Positions 9,066 through 18,312 of a DNA stretch of 64,000 nucleotides are shown in pieces (the first letter of the stretch is position 1; every line of letters begins with the position of its first letter). The translations under genes and the position numbers were made by a program. Below the pieces are notes generated by a model. That model worked only from the letters and a program-made list of their open reading frames with translations. It was not told the origin of the DNA and did not search any database. Location of the stretch: contig JBITAJ010000004.1 of the NCBI GenBank assembly GCA_044440125.1, positions 223,235 through 287,234 of the forward strand, in the 5' to 3' direction. This DNA comes from Sedimentisphaeraceae bacterium JB056 (lineage in GTDB: Bacteria; Planctomycetota; Phycisphaerae; Sedimentisphaerales; Sedimentisphaeraceae).

Positions 9066-9905
9066 TCAAGTTTTGTTCCTTAATTTAAGCGGTGACACTC
9101 CTAAAACCTTATTGAATGCCCTGTAAAAGCTGCTCAGATTCTCAAAACCAACTATAAGAGCGATTTGCGTGATAGGAAGCTGTGTGTCTTTAATAAGATC
9201 CTTAGCCTTCTCAACCCGAACCTTGTTAAGATAATTTATAAAAGACATGCCTGTAACCTGTTTGCAGATATTTGTGAATTGCCTTGGACAGAGAAACGTT
9301 ATCTTTGCAGCCTTTGCAAGATCATACTTATCATAATATGTCCGGCTTATCAGTTCAAGAAAAGACTTCATCCTTTCAACACTGCTGGTATCATCATCTT
9401 CAACAAGGTATTCAGTCCTGATTCTATAGATATCAACAAGCAAAACCTGACCGCCATTTTGTATTAATAACTCAAAGAATGGAGCCTGAGTATTTATCTC
9501 TGATATAAAACCATAAACACACCTTTTCATCTGTTCGAGATACAAGCTAGGTATATGAAGCGGCTTGGAATCTGCATAAACAACTTTCACAAAATCATCT
9601 GTCAAGATAGGCAACTTCGAAGTAAAAGCCACAATACAAGCCTTAAGAGGTTCTTCACTCATATTTGTAAGTTTCACCTTCTGGCCTTCTTTAAGACAGA
9701 CGACAGAATCATAACCCATAGGATAAATACTGCCGTCAATATCAACCGCAGCACTGCCGGAATGAATAAACAAAAGCCGCATATATTTCTCAGCAAACTT
9801 ACCATTGGCAAAGCTGCTTTCTCCGGTTATGTAACTTACATAAACACCCGTATGTTCCAGAAATTCTTCCGGATCAGTTATTCTGTTCTTCTCTTGTCTA
9901 AGCAA
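9066..9905 (-). CDS. AraC family transcriptional regulator
   Basis: Cupin-like N-terminus; C-terminal RVEKAKDLI...IALIVGFENLSSFYRAFNKVLGVSP. Confidence 0.92.
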   Translation of the reverse strand: MLRQEKNRITDPEEFLEHTGVYVSYITGESSFANGKFAEKYMRLLFIHSGSAAVDIDGSIYPMGYDSVVCLKEGQKVKLTNMSEEPLKACIVAFTSKLPILTDDFVKVVYADSKPLHIPSLYLEQMKRCVYGFISEINTQAPFFELLIQNGGQVLLVDIYRIRTEYLVEDDDTSSVERMKSFLELISRTYYDKYDLAKAAKITFLCPRQFTNICKQVTGMSFINYLNKVRVEKAKDLIKDTQLPITQIALIVGFENLSSFYRAFNKVLGVSPLKLRNKT

Positions 9906-10066
9906 TTTTATATAAACCTTTAACAGCAGAAGTCAACAAACAAATTGTATCAACTTCTGCAAAATTATCAACTCATCACATAAGCTTATTACGCAAGATA
10001 TATCTCTACTTTTGGAATATATTCAGTACCTCTGCCATCATACGAAACCGTTCTTACCTGAACATA

Positions 10067-11404
10067 TCACTTATCTATTTTGATAACGGCAACCCTGCTA
10101 TTTGCCTCATGGGCAACAGTAAAGACTACTTTACTGCCATCAGGCGTAATATTAGGATGTATGTGACGTGGATGCCTTAAGCCACCCATTATTCTCGCAA
10201 GTTTAATCGTTTTGCCCGAAGGCACATCAAACATAACTAAATCTTCAGGATTATTCTGCTCTACAGATTCACCACGTGTTATCCTTGTAAGAGAATACAT
10301 AGTATCCCAAATTATACGTTTACCATCTCTGCTTACTGCAACATGAACCGGTGATGGAATTACTCCTTCAATAATTTTTTCAACTTTTCCACTGCGAGGA
10401 TCATATCTTGTGATACCTCCATCAATTATCACTTCATCATGAGTAGGTATATCAACAAAATACTTATATTGACCTGCCCATACCTCATGTGTATGAATAA
10501 CACCGGGAGGAGTTATTGTATCCATCTTGACAAGTGAACCGTCAGTCTTTGCTGACCACATTCGAGCACTTTCAACACTTCCGTTAGAAAGTCCAGAATA
10601 ACCATGACAGAAAAACATCTCATCTTTATCTAAAGGATTTATAACCGCATGGGAAAGATTTACGCCATTAGTATCTTTAGGATGGGATACTACTGCCCTA
10701 TTAGTCCATGTAAAGACAACGGAAGGACCATCAAGAATCTCATTTGTTTCAGGGTCAAGATCAATAGAATATACGGCAGTAGTTCTACCGGAAAAAAAAC
10801 TGCCATTTTCCGGACCCGGATGAACAGCAAATACAATAACCCTGCTGCCATCATCTGTTATCGTAGGCGGATCACCAAGAGTACCTATCGCAATATTCCA
10901 AAGTAGCTTTCGCTGCCCATTATCAAGATCAAGCAGATAAAGATTGTGTCCAGTCATATCATAATACACAACAACATTACTCTCCGGCGCATAATCGCTG
11001 TGATATTGAGAGGACATTGAAAGATGATTTTTACCATATTTAACAGTATCCTCAACCTCAATGGATGCAAGCCAATAAATATCACCATTTCCGATATCTG
11101 CTGCAAGAAGCTGTCTCTCGGTGCGATGATAATCAGAATTATCACCCGTAGAAGGCTTCCCGTCAGGACGGGGACGAACAGATTCAAATATCACATATTT
11201 ATCATCTTCTAACCAACCTTTGTTATGCGGATACTGAGCCGAATTAAGATATTTACCATCAGAAAGGTAAACAATTTCTCTACCGGTTTCTGAATCAACC
11301 ACAACCTCCCGTTCATTCGCAATTTTTTCAAAATTATCAGCAAGCTTTGCATTAACGGCAAAATTGAGAACAGTGATACACAGACAAAAAAATCTGATAT
11401 TCAT
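10067..11404 (-). CDS. Secreted oligogalacturonate lyase (PL22)-like beta-propeller
   Basis: Signal peptide; DSETGREIVYLS start; THEVW, VHV and HPRHIHPNITPDG histidine motifs. ATG at 11404 preferred over TTG at 11410. Confidence 0.7.
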   Translation of the reverse strand: MNIRFFCLCITVLNFAVNAKLADNFEKIANEREVVVDSETGREIVYLSDGKYLNSAQYPHNKGWLEDDKYVIFESVRPRPDGKPSTGDNSDYHRTERQLLAADIGNGDIYWLASIEVEDTVKYGKNHLSMSSQYHSDYAPESNVVVYYDMTGHNLYLLDLDNGQRKLLWNIAIGTLGDPPTITDDGSRVIVFAVHPGPENGSFFSGRTTAVYSIDLDPETNEILDGPSVVFTWTNRAVVSHPKDTNGVNLSHAVINPLDKDEMFFCHGYSGLSNGSVESARMWSAKTDGSLVKMDTITPPGVIHTHEVWAGQYKYFVDIPTHDEVIIDGGITRYDPRSGKVEKIIEGVIPSPVHVAVSRDGKRIIWDTMYSLTRITRGESVEQNNPEDLVMFDVPSGKTIKLARIMGGLRHPRHIHPNITPDGSKVVFTVAHEANSRVAVIKIDK

Positions 11405-11448
11405 TTGCAAGAAGTCCTTTTATGTATAATTTATAGAGTTGCAAAATA

Positions 11449-11480
11449 AAGTCTGCCGAAACAAATGCTTCGACAGACTT
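11449..11480 (-). terminator. Intrinsic terminator after the LamG gene
   Basis: Minus strand AAGTCTGTCGAA...TTCGGCAGACTT followed by a T-rich tail. Confidence 0.65.
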
Positions 11481-11493
11481 GAAATAACATCAA

Positions 11494-14421
11494 TTAGTAT
11501 CCCATCCATTCATCTGCTAATATAGAATAGTCATACAGGTCGACCTGACAATCATCGTTAAGATCTGCATTTATAAATCCTGAACAAACAGGAGCTGTTA
11601 TCAATTCTATATTATCAATATCTATAGTACCCGTACCTTCATAGCCAGAGAGCGCATAACATCCCAAAACCAATCCCTGAACATTATCTAACTCAACAGG
11701 AGCATAGCTGGTATAGAGAAGCCTATCAAGATCAACAAGCCAGTTATCCCATTGATCTGCAGGCTCAGAAGTTGAACCCTGCTCATACGTTACTATAGAC
11801 GTAGCAGCTACATTATCAAAAGCAACACCGCCATTCAGGAATTTAACATACATTCCTGTTTGTTTTGCATTACCGGAAGCTCTCTTAACCCACAGGCTGA
11901 GATAATCATAACCACTGACATCTACAGGAGTATCGAGTTCAAACAGAATATCTGTAAATCTGGCTCCGTTACCACTAAAATCGTTAGTATTATACTGCCA
12001 TCTCAATGCTTTGCTTCCTGAATAAGATTCAGCAGAAGTACTAAGCAACGTTGCTGTACTCATAGCTGTCGATCCGATACTTGCAGATTGGCCAAAGTCA
12101 CTCCAATATGTATCAAGTGCGGCCTGATCCGCATAATATTCAAAAGTTCCTTTTTCGAAATCAGTAACAGTCGATGGCTGCTCAATAGTGGAATCAATCC
12201 ATGAACCAGCGAACTGATCAAGGTCATCCCCATCAACATCTGAATCCTGATCTACATCACCAAATACAATAGGCCCACCATTATATATATCATTAACATC
12301 ACTTGGAGAAAGATCTTTGTCGTAGATTCTAAAGTCATCTATTGTACCATCAAACCAGCTGTTGGCGTTGGTTGTATCAAAACCGAGAGTAGCTCCTATC
12401 GTAAGAGCATATGCTCTTGTCATATCACTGTTCTTATAAAGCTTTTTGAAGCCGTCCTGAATACCATTAATATAAACTTCACAACAAACAGATGCTTCTG
12501 TACATTCCCTGATAACAGCAGCAACATGTGTCCACTCTCCAGGTGTTACCTGTCCGACAGTCTGTATAATCTCATTTCCTTCTGTTGTACTTACTCCCTG
12601 TAAACGGACAAGACTGCCGTAAAGATACAAATAATACTTATAGCCGCCTGTCTGTGGTGCTATATTAAATATTTGCTGAAGCCCTGATGTATCATCAGGA
12701 TTTATCCAGCAACTTATAGTTTTATCCTTGAATGGACCGAAAGCAAACTCATTATTTCGATCTTTAAATGTGATACTGTTTGAAATACCATCAAAATCAA
12801 AACATTTACCATAAACGCCATTAACCCATTGAGATGTATTGCCATCATAATTATTCATCACGCCGTAAAGATCATTACCTGATGAATCAGCAATAAGATC
12901 ACTGCCGCCTTCCTGATCCATCTCGTAATACAACTCAAGATCATCTTTAGTTCTAAAAACTCTCTCAGCAGGAACTGTAGCAGCCAAATCAGCTACTTCA
13001 GTGTCAGTAAGTGTTGCATTATAAATCCTGAAATCATCTATCTTGCCATAGAATGCCTGCCTCTGAACCGCTGTCATACTTTTATCAGCAGCACTGCCGC
13101 CAATACTTGGATAATAATGTTTACCAACTTCATCCCTTGTTATACCTGTCTTAGTTACAGCAAGAGTACCATTAACATAAAGTCTGAATTCTGACATACC
13201 ATCAGCCGTATTGGCATTTACAACGGCAAGATGATACCATGTATTGCCATCTATAACCGGTATTTGATACTGTTGATAACCCTCTGTACCTTGAACTCTG
13301 AAATATCCATTCACCATCGCAAGATAAAACTTATACGGCTGATCAGAGCCGTTAATCAAACCAAAAATAAATTGCACAGTATTTCCAACAGGTGAAGTTG
13401 CACCAGTCGGACACACCCATGCTGAAATCGTATTATTCTGGAACTTTCCCAATGCAGTAGTAGCATATGTATCAGGGACTGATGCCAATGCTATGCGGTT
13501 CTCATTACCATCACCATTAAAACATCGCCCAAATTTTCCGTGATTATTCCATGCGGACTCAATACCACTGAAACCTTTGACTTCTCCTCCCATTGTTCCC
13601 TTTTCATCATACGCCCATACAGTTAGACCATCATCCATAGGCATATAAACCAGCAAAGAATCCTCTAAACTGTCTGTAGAAGGTTCATAATCATAAAGTG
13701 CTTCAATCTGCTCCTGAGATAATGCAACATCATAAAAACGCATATCATCAAGCATACCTTTTATAAATTGAGACGAATCAGGATTTTGAGCATTATTTGT
13801 ACCAATTCCCAAATTATCAACAAGACCTGTTTCATCTCTGACCAAACCAGCCATAGAGGTTATCATAACACCATTAACCCAGGCTTCCATTGTAGAGAGT
13901 CCATCTTCTGTATTTCTTGAAAGTAAAATAACATGATACCACTGCTCTGTCTGAAAAACACCAGAGACGCGTTTATCACCGACAATTCCATTCTTGTCAT
14001 CATACTGCATCCTTAACTGTCCATCATAATTCAACAAAGTCGCTTTATAACCTCCCCAGTTATTGCAAAATAAATACTGCACAGAAGAAATATCATTGAA
14101 CTTAACCCACATCGAAACAGTCTTTTCCTGAAAACCGCCAAGATCAGAGATTGTCCATACATCTGAATATGGAGTAGCACAAGCTCTGCCATCAAAATTA
14201 ACCGCATTACCAAATTTCCCATCAACCCACTGGCTTGTATCTGAAGCTTCAAGTCCTAATAATTCGACTCCGATATTGGATACGGAATCAGCTCCGATAA
14301 GTCCGGCTGTTTCATCAAACCTCCAATGAGTTATCAGATTATCCTGAGGATTAAATACCGCAAAAGATATATTACAAACAAATATACATATCCATAAGAT
14401 CAACACATTTCTAATTTTCAT
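11494..14421 (-). CDS. Secreted protein with three LamG-like jellyroll domains, a CBM-like domain and dockerin-like motifs
   Basis: Three repeats of HWRFDE/YMPMDD/YYEMDQ...W(Y/T)H...G(M/K/T)(L/I)DD(M/F)R; two DxDxDxxVDxxD motifs near the C-terminus. Start MKIRN at 14421. Confidence 0.85.
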   Translation of the reverse strand: MKIRNVLILWICIFVCNISFAVFNPQDNLITHWRFDETAGLIGADSVSNIGVELLGLEASDTSQWVDGKFGNAVNFDGRACATPYSDVWTISDLGGFQEKTVSMWVKFNDISSVQYLFCNNWGGYKATLLNYDGQLRMQYDDKNGIVGDKRVSGVFQTEQWYHVILLSRNTEDGLSTMEAWVNGVMITSMAGLVRDETGLVDNLGIGTNNAQNPDSSQFIKGMLDDMRFYDVALSQEQIEALYDYEPSTDSLEDSLLVYMPMDDGLTVWAYDEKGTMGGEVKGFSGIESAWNNHGKFGRCFNGDGNENRIALASVPDTYATTALGKFQNNTISAWVCPTGATSPVGNTVQFIFGLINGSDQPYKFYLAMVNGYFRVQGTEGYQQYQIPVIDGNTWYHLAVVNANTADGMSEFRLYVNGTLAVTKTGITRDEVGKHYYPSIGGSAADKSMTAVQRQAFYGKIDDFRIYNATLTDTEVADLAATVPAERVFRTKDDLELYYEMDQEGGSDLIADSSGNDLYGVMNNYDGNTSQWVNGVYGKCFDFDGISNSITFKDRNNEFAFGPFKDKTISCWINPDDTSGLQQIFNIAPQTGGYKYYLYLYGSLVRLQGVSTTEGNEIIQTVGQVTPGEWTHVAAVIRECTEASVCCEVYINGIQDGFKKLYKNSDMTRAYALTIGATLGFDTTNANSWFDGTIDDFRIYDKDLSPSDVNDIYNGGPIVFGDVDQDSDVDGDDLDQFAGSWIDSTIEQPSTVTDFEKGTFEYYADQAALDTYWSDFGQSASIGSTAMSTATLLSTSAESYSGSKALRWQYNTNDFSGNGARFTDILFELDTPVDVSGYDYLSLWVKRASGNAKQTGMYVKFLNGGVAFDNVAATSIVTYEQGSTSEPADQWDNWLVDLDRLLYTSYAPVELDNVQGLVLGCYALSGYEGTGTIDIDNIELITAPVCSGFINADLNDDCQVDLYDYSILADEWMGY

Positions 14422-14455
14422 TTCAGCATCCTTCAATTAAATTAACATTAAAAAA

Positions 14456-15760
14456 TCACTCTACAGAACACAATGAAATCTTACTCTGAGAATTTTCAAA
14501 ATCACAGTAAACTATCTTCTTACTGTCTCCGGAGACATGAAAATTAATTCTCTTTCCAGATATTCTGCTCTGCCTTGCTGACACTAATGCCTTCTTCTCG
14601 GCAGTAATTGTGTTCAATTCATAAACAACAGTAGAACCTAAATCGTTATCATCATAACTTATAGGCAATATATTATAGATTATATTATCATCAGGTAATA
14701 CAATGAGATTATCCATATTCACTCTATAAGAAGGAAAAGGAATAAAACTAACACTCTTATCTGATTTACTCTTAACCTTTACTCTCTTATCAGTCAATAA
14801 TTTCCGCCATCTTTGATAACCGGTACTATTAATATTAGCTCTCGAAAATCCACCTTCAGCTACAAAATACAGATCATTGCCCTTACACCACAAACCTCCA
14901 ACACTCCCAATTTGGTCAGCAAATCTTCCCATACGTGAGCCATCAGTTAAACAGTATTCCAAACAGTAACTTTCCTGACCATCCATATCAATCTGTTTAT
15001 TTTTAAAAGCCATCCAACTCCCATCAGGAGACAGAAACGGATAACCAAGAGTTTTTGACGCTTGTGATTCATTAGCCTTTATATTAGCAAAACTGTTGGC
15101 AATCTCAATATCACCAACTACCTGCATATTTACAGTATCAATATTAAAGACCATTATAGAATGATTTGTACCATCATAATAGTCAGTATCAGGTCCTCGA
15201 TGAATTGCTTCAATAACAACAACACCGCCATCATCACTTATTGCCGGAGTGCCTATAAAAGTTCCAGCAAATAAATGTAGAAGTTCTATTGTCAGATCAT
15301 CCGTCAACCGCTTAAGATAAAGATGATGCCCTGTAATATCCCGGTATGCCACCAGATCATTTTCTCTGCTGCATGTAAAATGTGCATCAGATGAAATATC
15401 AAAGTGCCCCCAACCGTATATAAATGGATCTTCAACTTCTAAAGATGTTATCCAATACGCATCTCCTGTTAACAAATTAATTGCCGCTATCTGCTTTTCT
15501 CCATTACCGCTTGATTCCCCCTGAGGCCTTGCCATATCCGTTTCAAACAAAACAAATTGTTCATTGCCAATCCATATATTTCTGTCAGGCAAGGGAATTG
15601 TAATATCAGAGGAATTAGTGAACGACAAAACTTCTCTTCCAGTAAGCGGGTCAACAGAAGTAGATGAATCAAAATTAATTTGAATATAATTACCAACAAC
15701 AATATCCGCAGATACTGCTTGCGATAACAAAACTGTAAAGATCAATATTTTATTTATCAT
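14456..15760 (-). CDS. Secreted PL22-like beta-propeller paralog with divergent C-terminus
   Basis: Shares VDPLTGREV, EKQIAAINL.TGDAYWITSLEVED and YRDITGHHLY with its neighbours, but lacks the THExW and HxHP motifs. Confidence 0.65.
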   Translation of the reverse strand: MINKILIFTVLLSQAVSADIVVGNYIQINFDSSTSVDPLTGREVLSFTNSSDITIPLPDRNIWIGNEQFVLFETDMARPQGESSGNGEKQIAAINLLTGDAYWITSLEVEDPFIYGWGHFDISSDAHFTCSRENDLVAYRDITGHHLYLKRLTDDLTIELLHLFAGTFIGTPAISDDGGVVVIEAIHRGPDTDYYDGTNHSIMVFNIDTVNMQVVGDIEIANSFANIKANESQASKTLGYPFLSPDGSWMAFKNKQIDMDGQESYCLEYCLTDGSRMGRFADQIGSVGGLWCKGNDLYFVAEGGFSRANINSTGYQRWRKLLTDKRVKVKSKSDKSVSFIPFPSYRVNMDNLIVLPDDNIIYNILPISYDDNDLGSTVVYELNTITAEKKALVSARQSRISGKRINFHVSGDSKKIVYCDFENSQSKISLCSVE

Positions 15761-15782
15761 ACCTTAAACCATATTCTTTCAA

Positions 15783-17090
15783 TTATTGATCAATATCAAC
15801 TACCACAACCTGACTGTCATCAATACCAACACCAACATTAAAAGCAATCATTTTTCCATCAGGTCTGAGGATTGGGTGAGGATGTCTGGGGTGATTAACA
15901 CCTCCAATTTGACTAGCCACTTGAATAAGTGAAGCTTCCGCCCTGTTATACAACCATATACCAATATTTCTTGTATAATCGTCTATCAAACTGTTAAATG
16001 TATCAAATACAAACAAATTTTCAGCCTTATCCAAACCTATATGAATAATTGCCAGTGAAGTGCTTGAAAATACTTCTTCAAGACCGCCATTCAACACATC
16101 AAGCTTCTGTATACTGCTTCCACTACTTTTAATGCGTACAAAATAACTATATCTATTAGAAAAACCCCACATCTCGTGAGTATCAATGTTTTGTGTGTCT
16201 GTAAGTGATTTTATCAAAGAACCATCAGTCTTACCGTACCAAACACGGCGTTTCTGGACAGAACCATCTGCGGAACCACTGTAACCATGACAGAAAGTCA
16301 TTTGGGACACATCCATTGGATCAATTATTACATGACCAATATTGATTTCGCTATCTTGAGAAATATCAGAACGGTTACTGTAAGAGTATACGAGTTTCGG
16401 CAGTCCTATCGCCTCCCCAGTTTCGGTATTCAATCTAATTTTGTATATTGATGTTGTTTTGCCTGAAAAAAAGCTGCTATCAGTCGGTTTTGCAGAACAG
16501 GCATAAACTAATACAGCCCTTCCGTCCCAACTTATAGATGGCGTATCTCCTAAAGTCGCATACTCAGAATGCCATATTAGATTTCTATTACCTGTATCAA
16601 GATCAAGAGTATAAAGTCTATGGCCTGTCATGTCATAATATACAAGAATATCGGCCCCTGGCGAATAATCTATATGATACTGAGACGACATTGATACATG
16701 ATTAACACCATACTGAGAAATATCTTCAACTTCAATACTTCCAAGCCAATAGATATCTCCATTATTTACATTAACAGCAAGAAGCTGCCTCTCTATAAAA
16801 TGATAATCACCTACAGTATTACCTGTAGAAGGCTGCCCGTCAGGCCGTGGTCTGTCTGACTCTATGAATATATAGTTACCATCATTAGACCATCCTCTAT
16901 TATGAGGATAACAGCTTGTATTCATGTATTGATTATTCGTCAGATAATTTAACTGATAGCCAGTAACAGAATCGACTGCTACCGTTTTTTCATTACCTGC
17001 ATAAGTAAAATTAGATGAAATATCCGCGGTCGACACCTTCAAAAACATCAAAAATGCCAGAAAAATAATCAATCTGATATTATTACTCAA
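15783..17090 (-). CDS. Secreted oligogalacturonate lyase (PL22)-like beta-propeller
   Basis: Signal peptide; close paralog of 10067-11404; THEMW, IHI and HPRHPHPILRPDG motifs. Confidence 0.7.
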   Translation of the reverse strand: MSNNIRLIIFLAFLMFLKVSTADISSNFTYAGNEKTVAVDSVTGYQLNYLTNNQYMNTSCYPHNRGWSNDGNYIFIESDRPRPDGQPSTGNTVGDYHFIERQLLAVNVNNGDIYWLGSIEVEDISQYGVNHVSMSSQYHIDYSPGADILVYYDMTGHRLYTLDLDTGNRNLIWHSEYATLGDTPSISWDGRAVLVYACSAKPTDSSFFSGKTTSIYKIRLNTETGEAIGLPKLVYSYSNRSDISQDSEINIGHVIIDPMDVSQMTFCHGYSGSADGSVQKRRVWYGKTDGSLIKSLTDTQNIDTHEMWGFSNRYSYFVRIKSSGSSIQKLDVLNGGLEEVFSSTSLAIIHIGLDKAENLFVFDTFNSLIDDYTRNIGIWLYNRAEASLIQVASQIGGVNHPRHPHPILRPDGKMIAFNVGVGIDDSQVVVVDIDQ

Positions 17091-17108
17091 TTTGCTTCTC
17101 TTCTTTAA

Positions 17109-17966
17109 TTATTGCCATTGCCAATTGAAAGGATACACAAGACCTCGATAAGGTTGTCCACTGTTATAATCCTCTCCAGGAACGAGGCCATGCCATTCAA
17201 CATGCCCATCAGTAAACCCATAATTGCCGCCATCTTTATGAATAGTAGTCTCATCTTCACTAACAACAGGATTTCCATTAACCAATGCCGTGTGGACAAA
17301 AGGTTTGGCAAATTGAGAAAACCCCGTACTTCCCTGTACTGCTCCGTATTGATCTCCCTGAAAACCAATACCTATGTGAGTTTCACCAAGATGAATAACT
17401 GTTGCCGGATTTTTTACCCTGTAAACACGTGTAGGGACACACGAAAGATCTCCTTTCAGATCAGACCAACTTCGTTCTCCGCCATAGTAATTAGTACCGT
17501 TATAAAAACTCCTGTTGGGACTGTAGGATCTCTTAAACGGCTCACTTCTGGAATCTGTCTGATACAGAATATCGGTAGCAAGTTCACGCCTTTTTCTCGG
17601 TTTTTTGTCAGAAGGACATTCGAGCCATTTTTTAAACACATCTTTCTTATCAGTCCCCATATATTCGGAAAGACTTGAATCCCATGGCCTTCCTACCTGT
17701 TCAACACCGGCAAGATAAGTTACTCCGCCAGTCAAGTTACCCATGCTTTTAGGCCTTATTCCCCTATCCGGCACAAGATAGCCCTTGTTATCAAGTGCAT
17801 ATGTATTGAGTCCCTGTAAAATTTGTTTCTCGTTGCTACCGCATAAAATACGTTTTGCCTGCTCTCTTGCCTTGCCCAAAGCAGGCATCATTATAGCCAT
17901 TAAAACCGCAATTATCGAAATAACCACTAATAATTCTATTAAAGTAAAAGCCTTTTTCACTTTCAT
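17109..17966 (-). CDS. Prepilin-type N-terminal cleavage/methylation protein with H-X9-DG motif (DUF1559-like)
   Basis: [70 protein letters not shown] precedes the ATG at 17966. Confidence 0.93.
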   Translation of the reverse strand: MKVKKAFTLIELLVVISIIAVLMAIMMPALGKAREQAKRILCGSNEKQILQGLNTYALDNKGYLVPDRGIRPKSMGNLTGGVTYLAGVEQVGRPWDSSLSEYMGTDKKDVFKKWLECPSDKKPRKRRELATDILYQTDSRSEPFKRSYSPNRSFYNGTNYYGGERSWSDLKGDLSCVPTRVYRVKNPATVIHLGETHIGIGFQGDQYGAVQGSTGFSQFAKPFVHTALVNGNPVVSEDETTIHKDGGNYGFTDGHVEWHGLVPGEDYNSGQPYRGLVYPFNWQWQ

Positions 17967-18260
17967 AGCAAAACTCTCCGTAAAACAAAAAGTAAATATC
18001 ATTCTATCATATTATGTATTCTAAATCCCAAACGAATAAAAAACCTCATGCAAAAGGAAAAAATTATTCGCATATCCGGCAATAACACTTCTGGATATCA
18101 TAAATTTAGGTTAAAAAAATAAGAAAAAAAGCAAATTAACTGATTAAAGCACCTTTATATAGCTCTGAAATCTTCAATTATATATTTCTCTTAAAAAAAC
18201 AAACGCAAAGTAATAGCTTAGAGATATCTGCTTTATTGAGCTTGGTTTATAAGATTTATA

Positions 18261-18289
18261 TTGACTTCTGATGCCAAAAACTGTTTAAT
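18261..18289 (+). promoter_or_regulatory. Candidate sigma70 promoter
   Basis: TTGACT-17 nt-TTTAAT upstream of the DUF2339 gene. Confidence 0.5.
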
Positions 18290-18312
18290 CGTTATGTAGC
18301 GATTATTCATTT

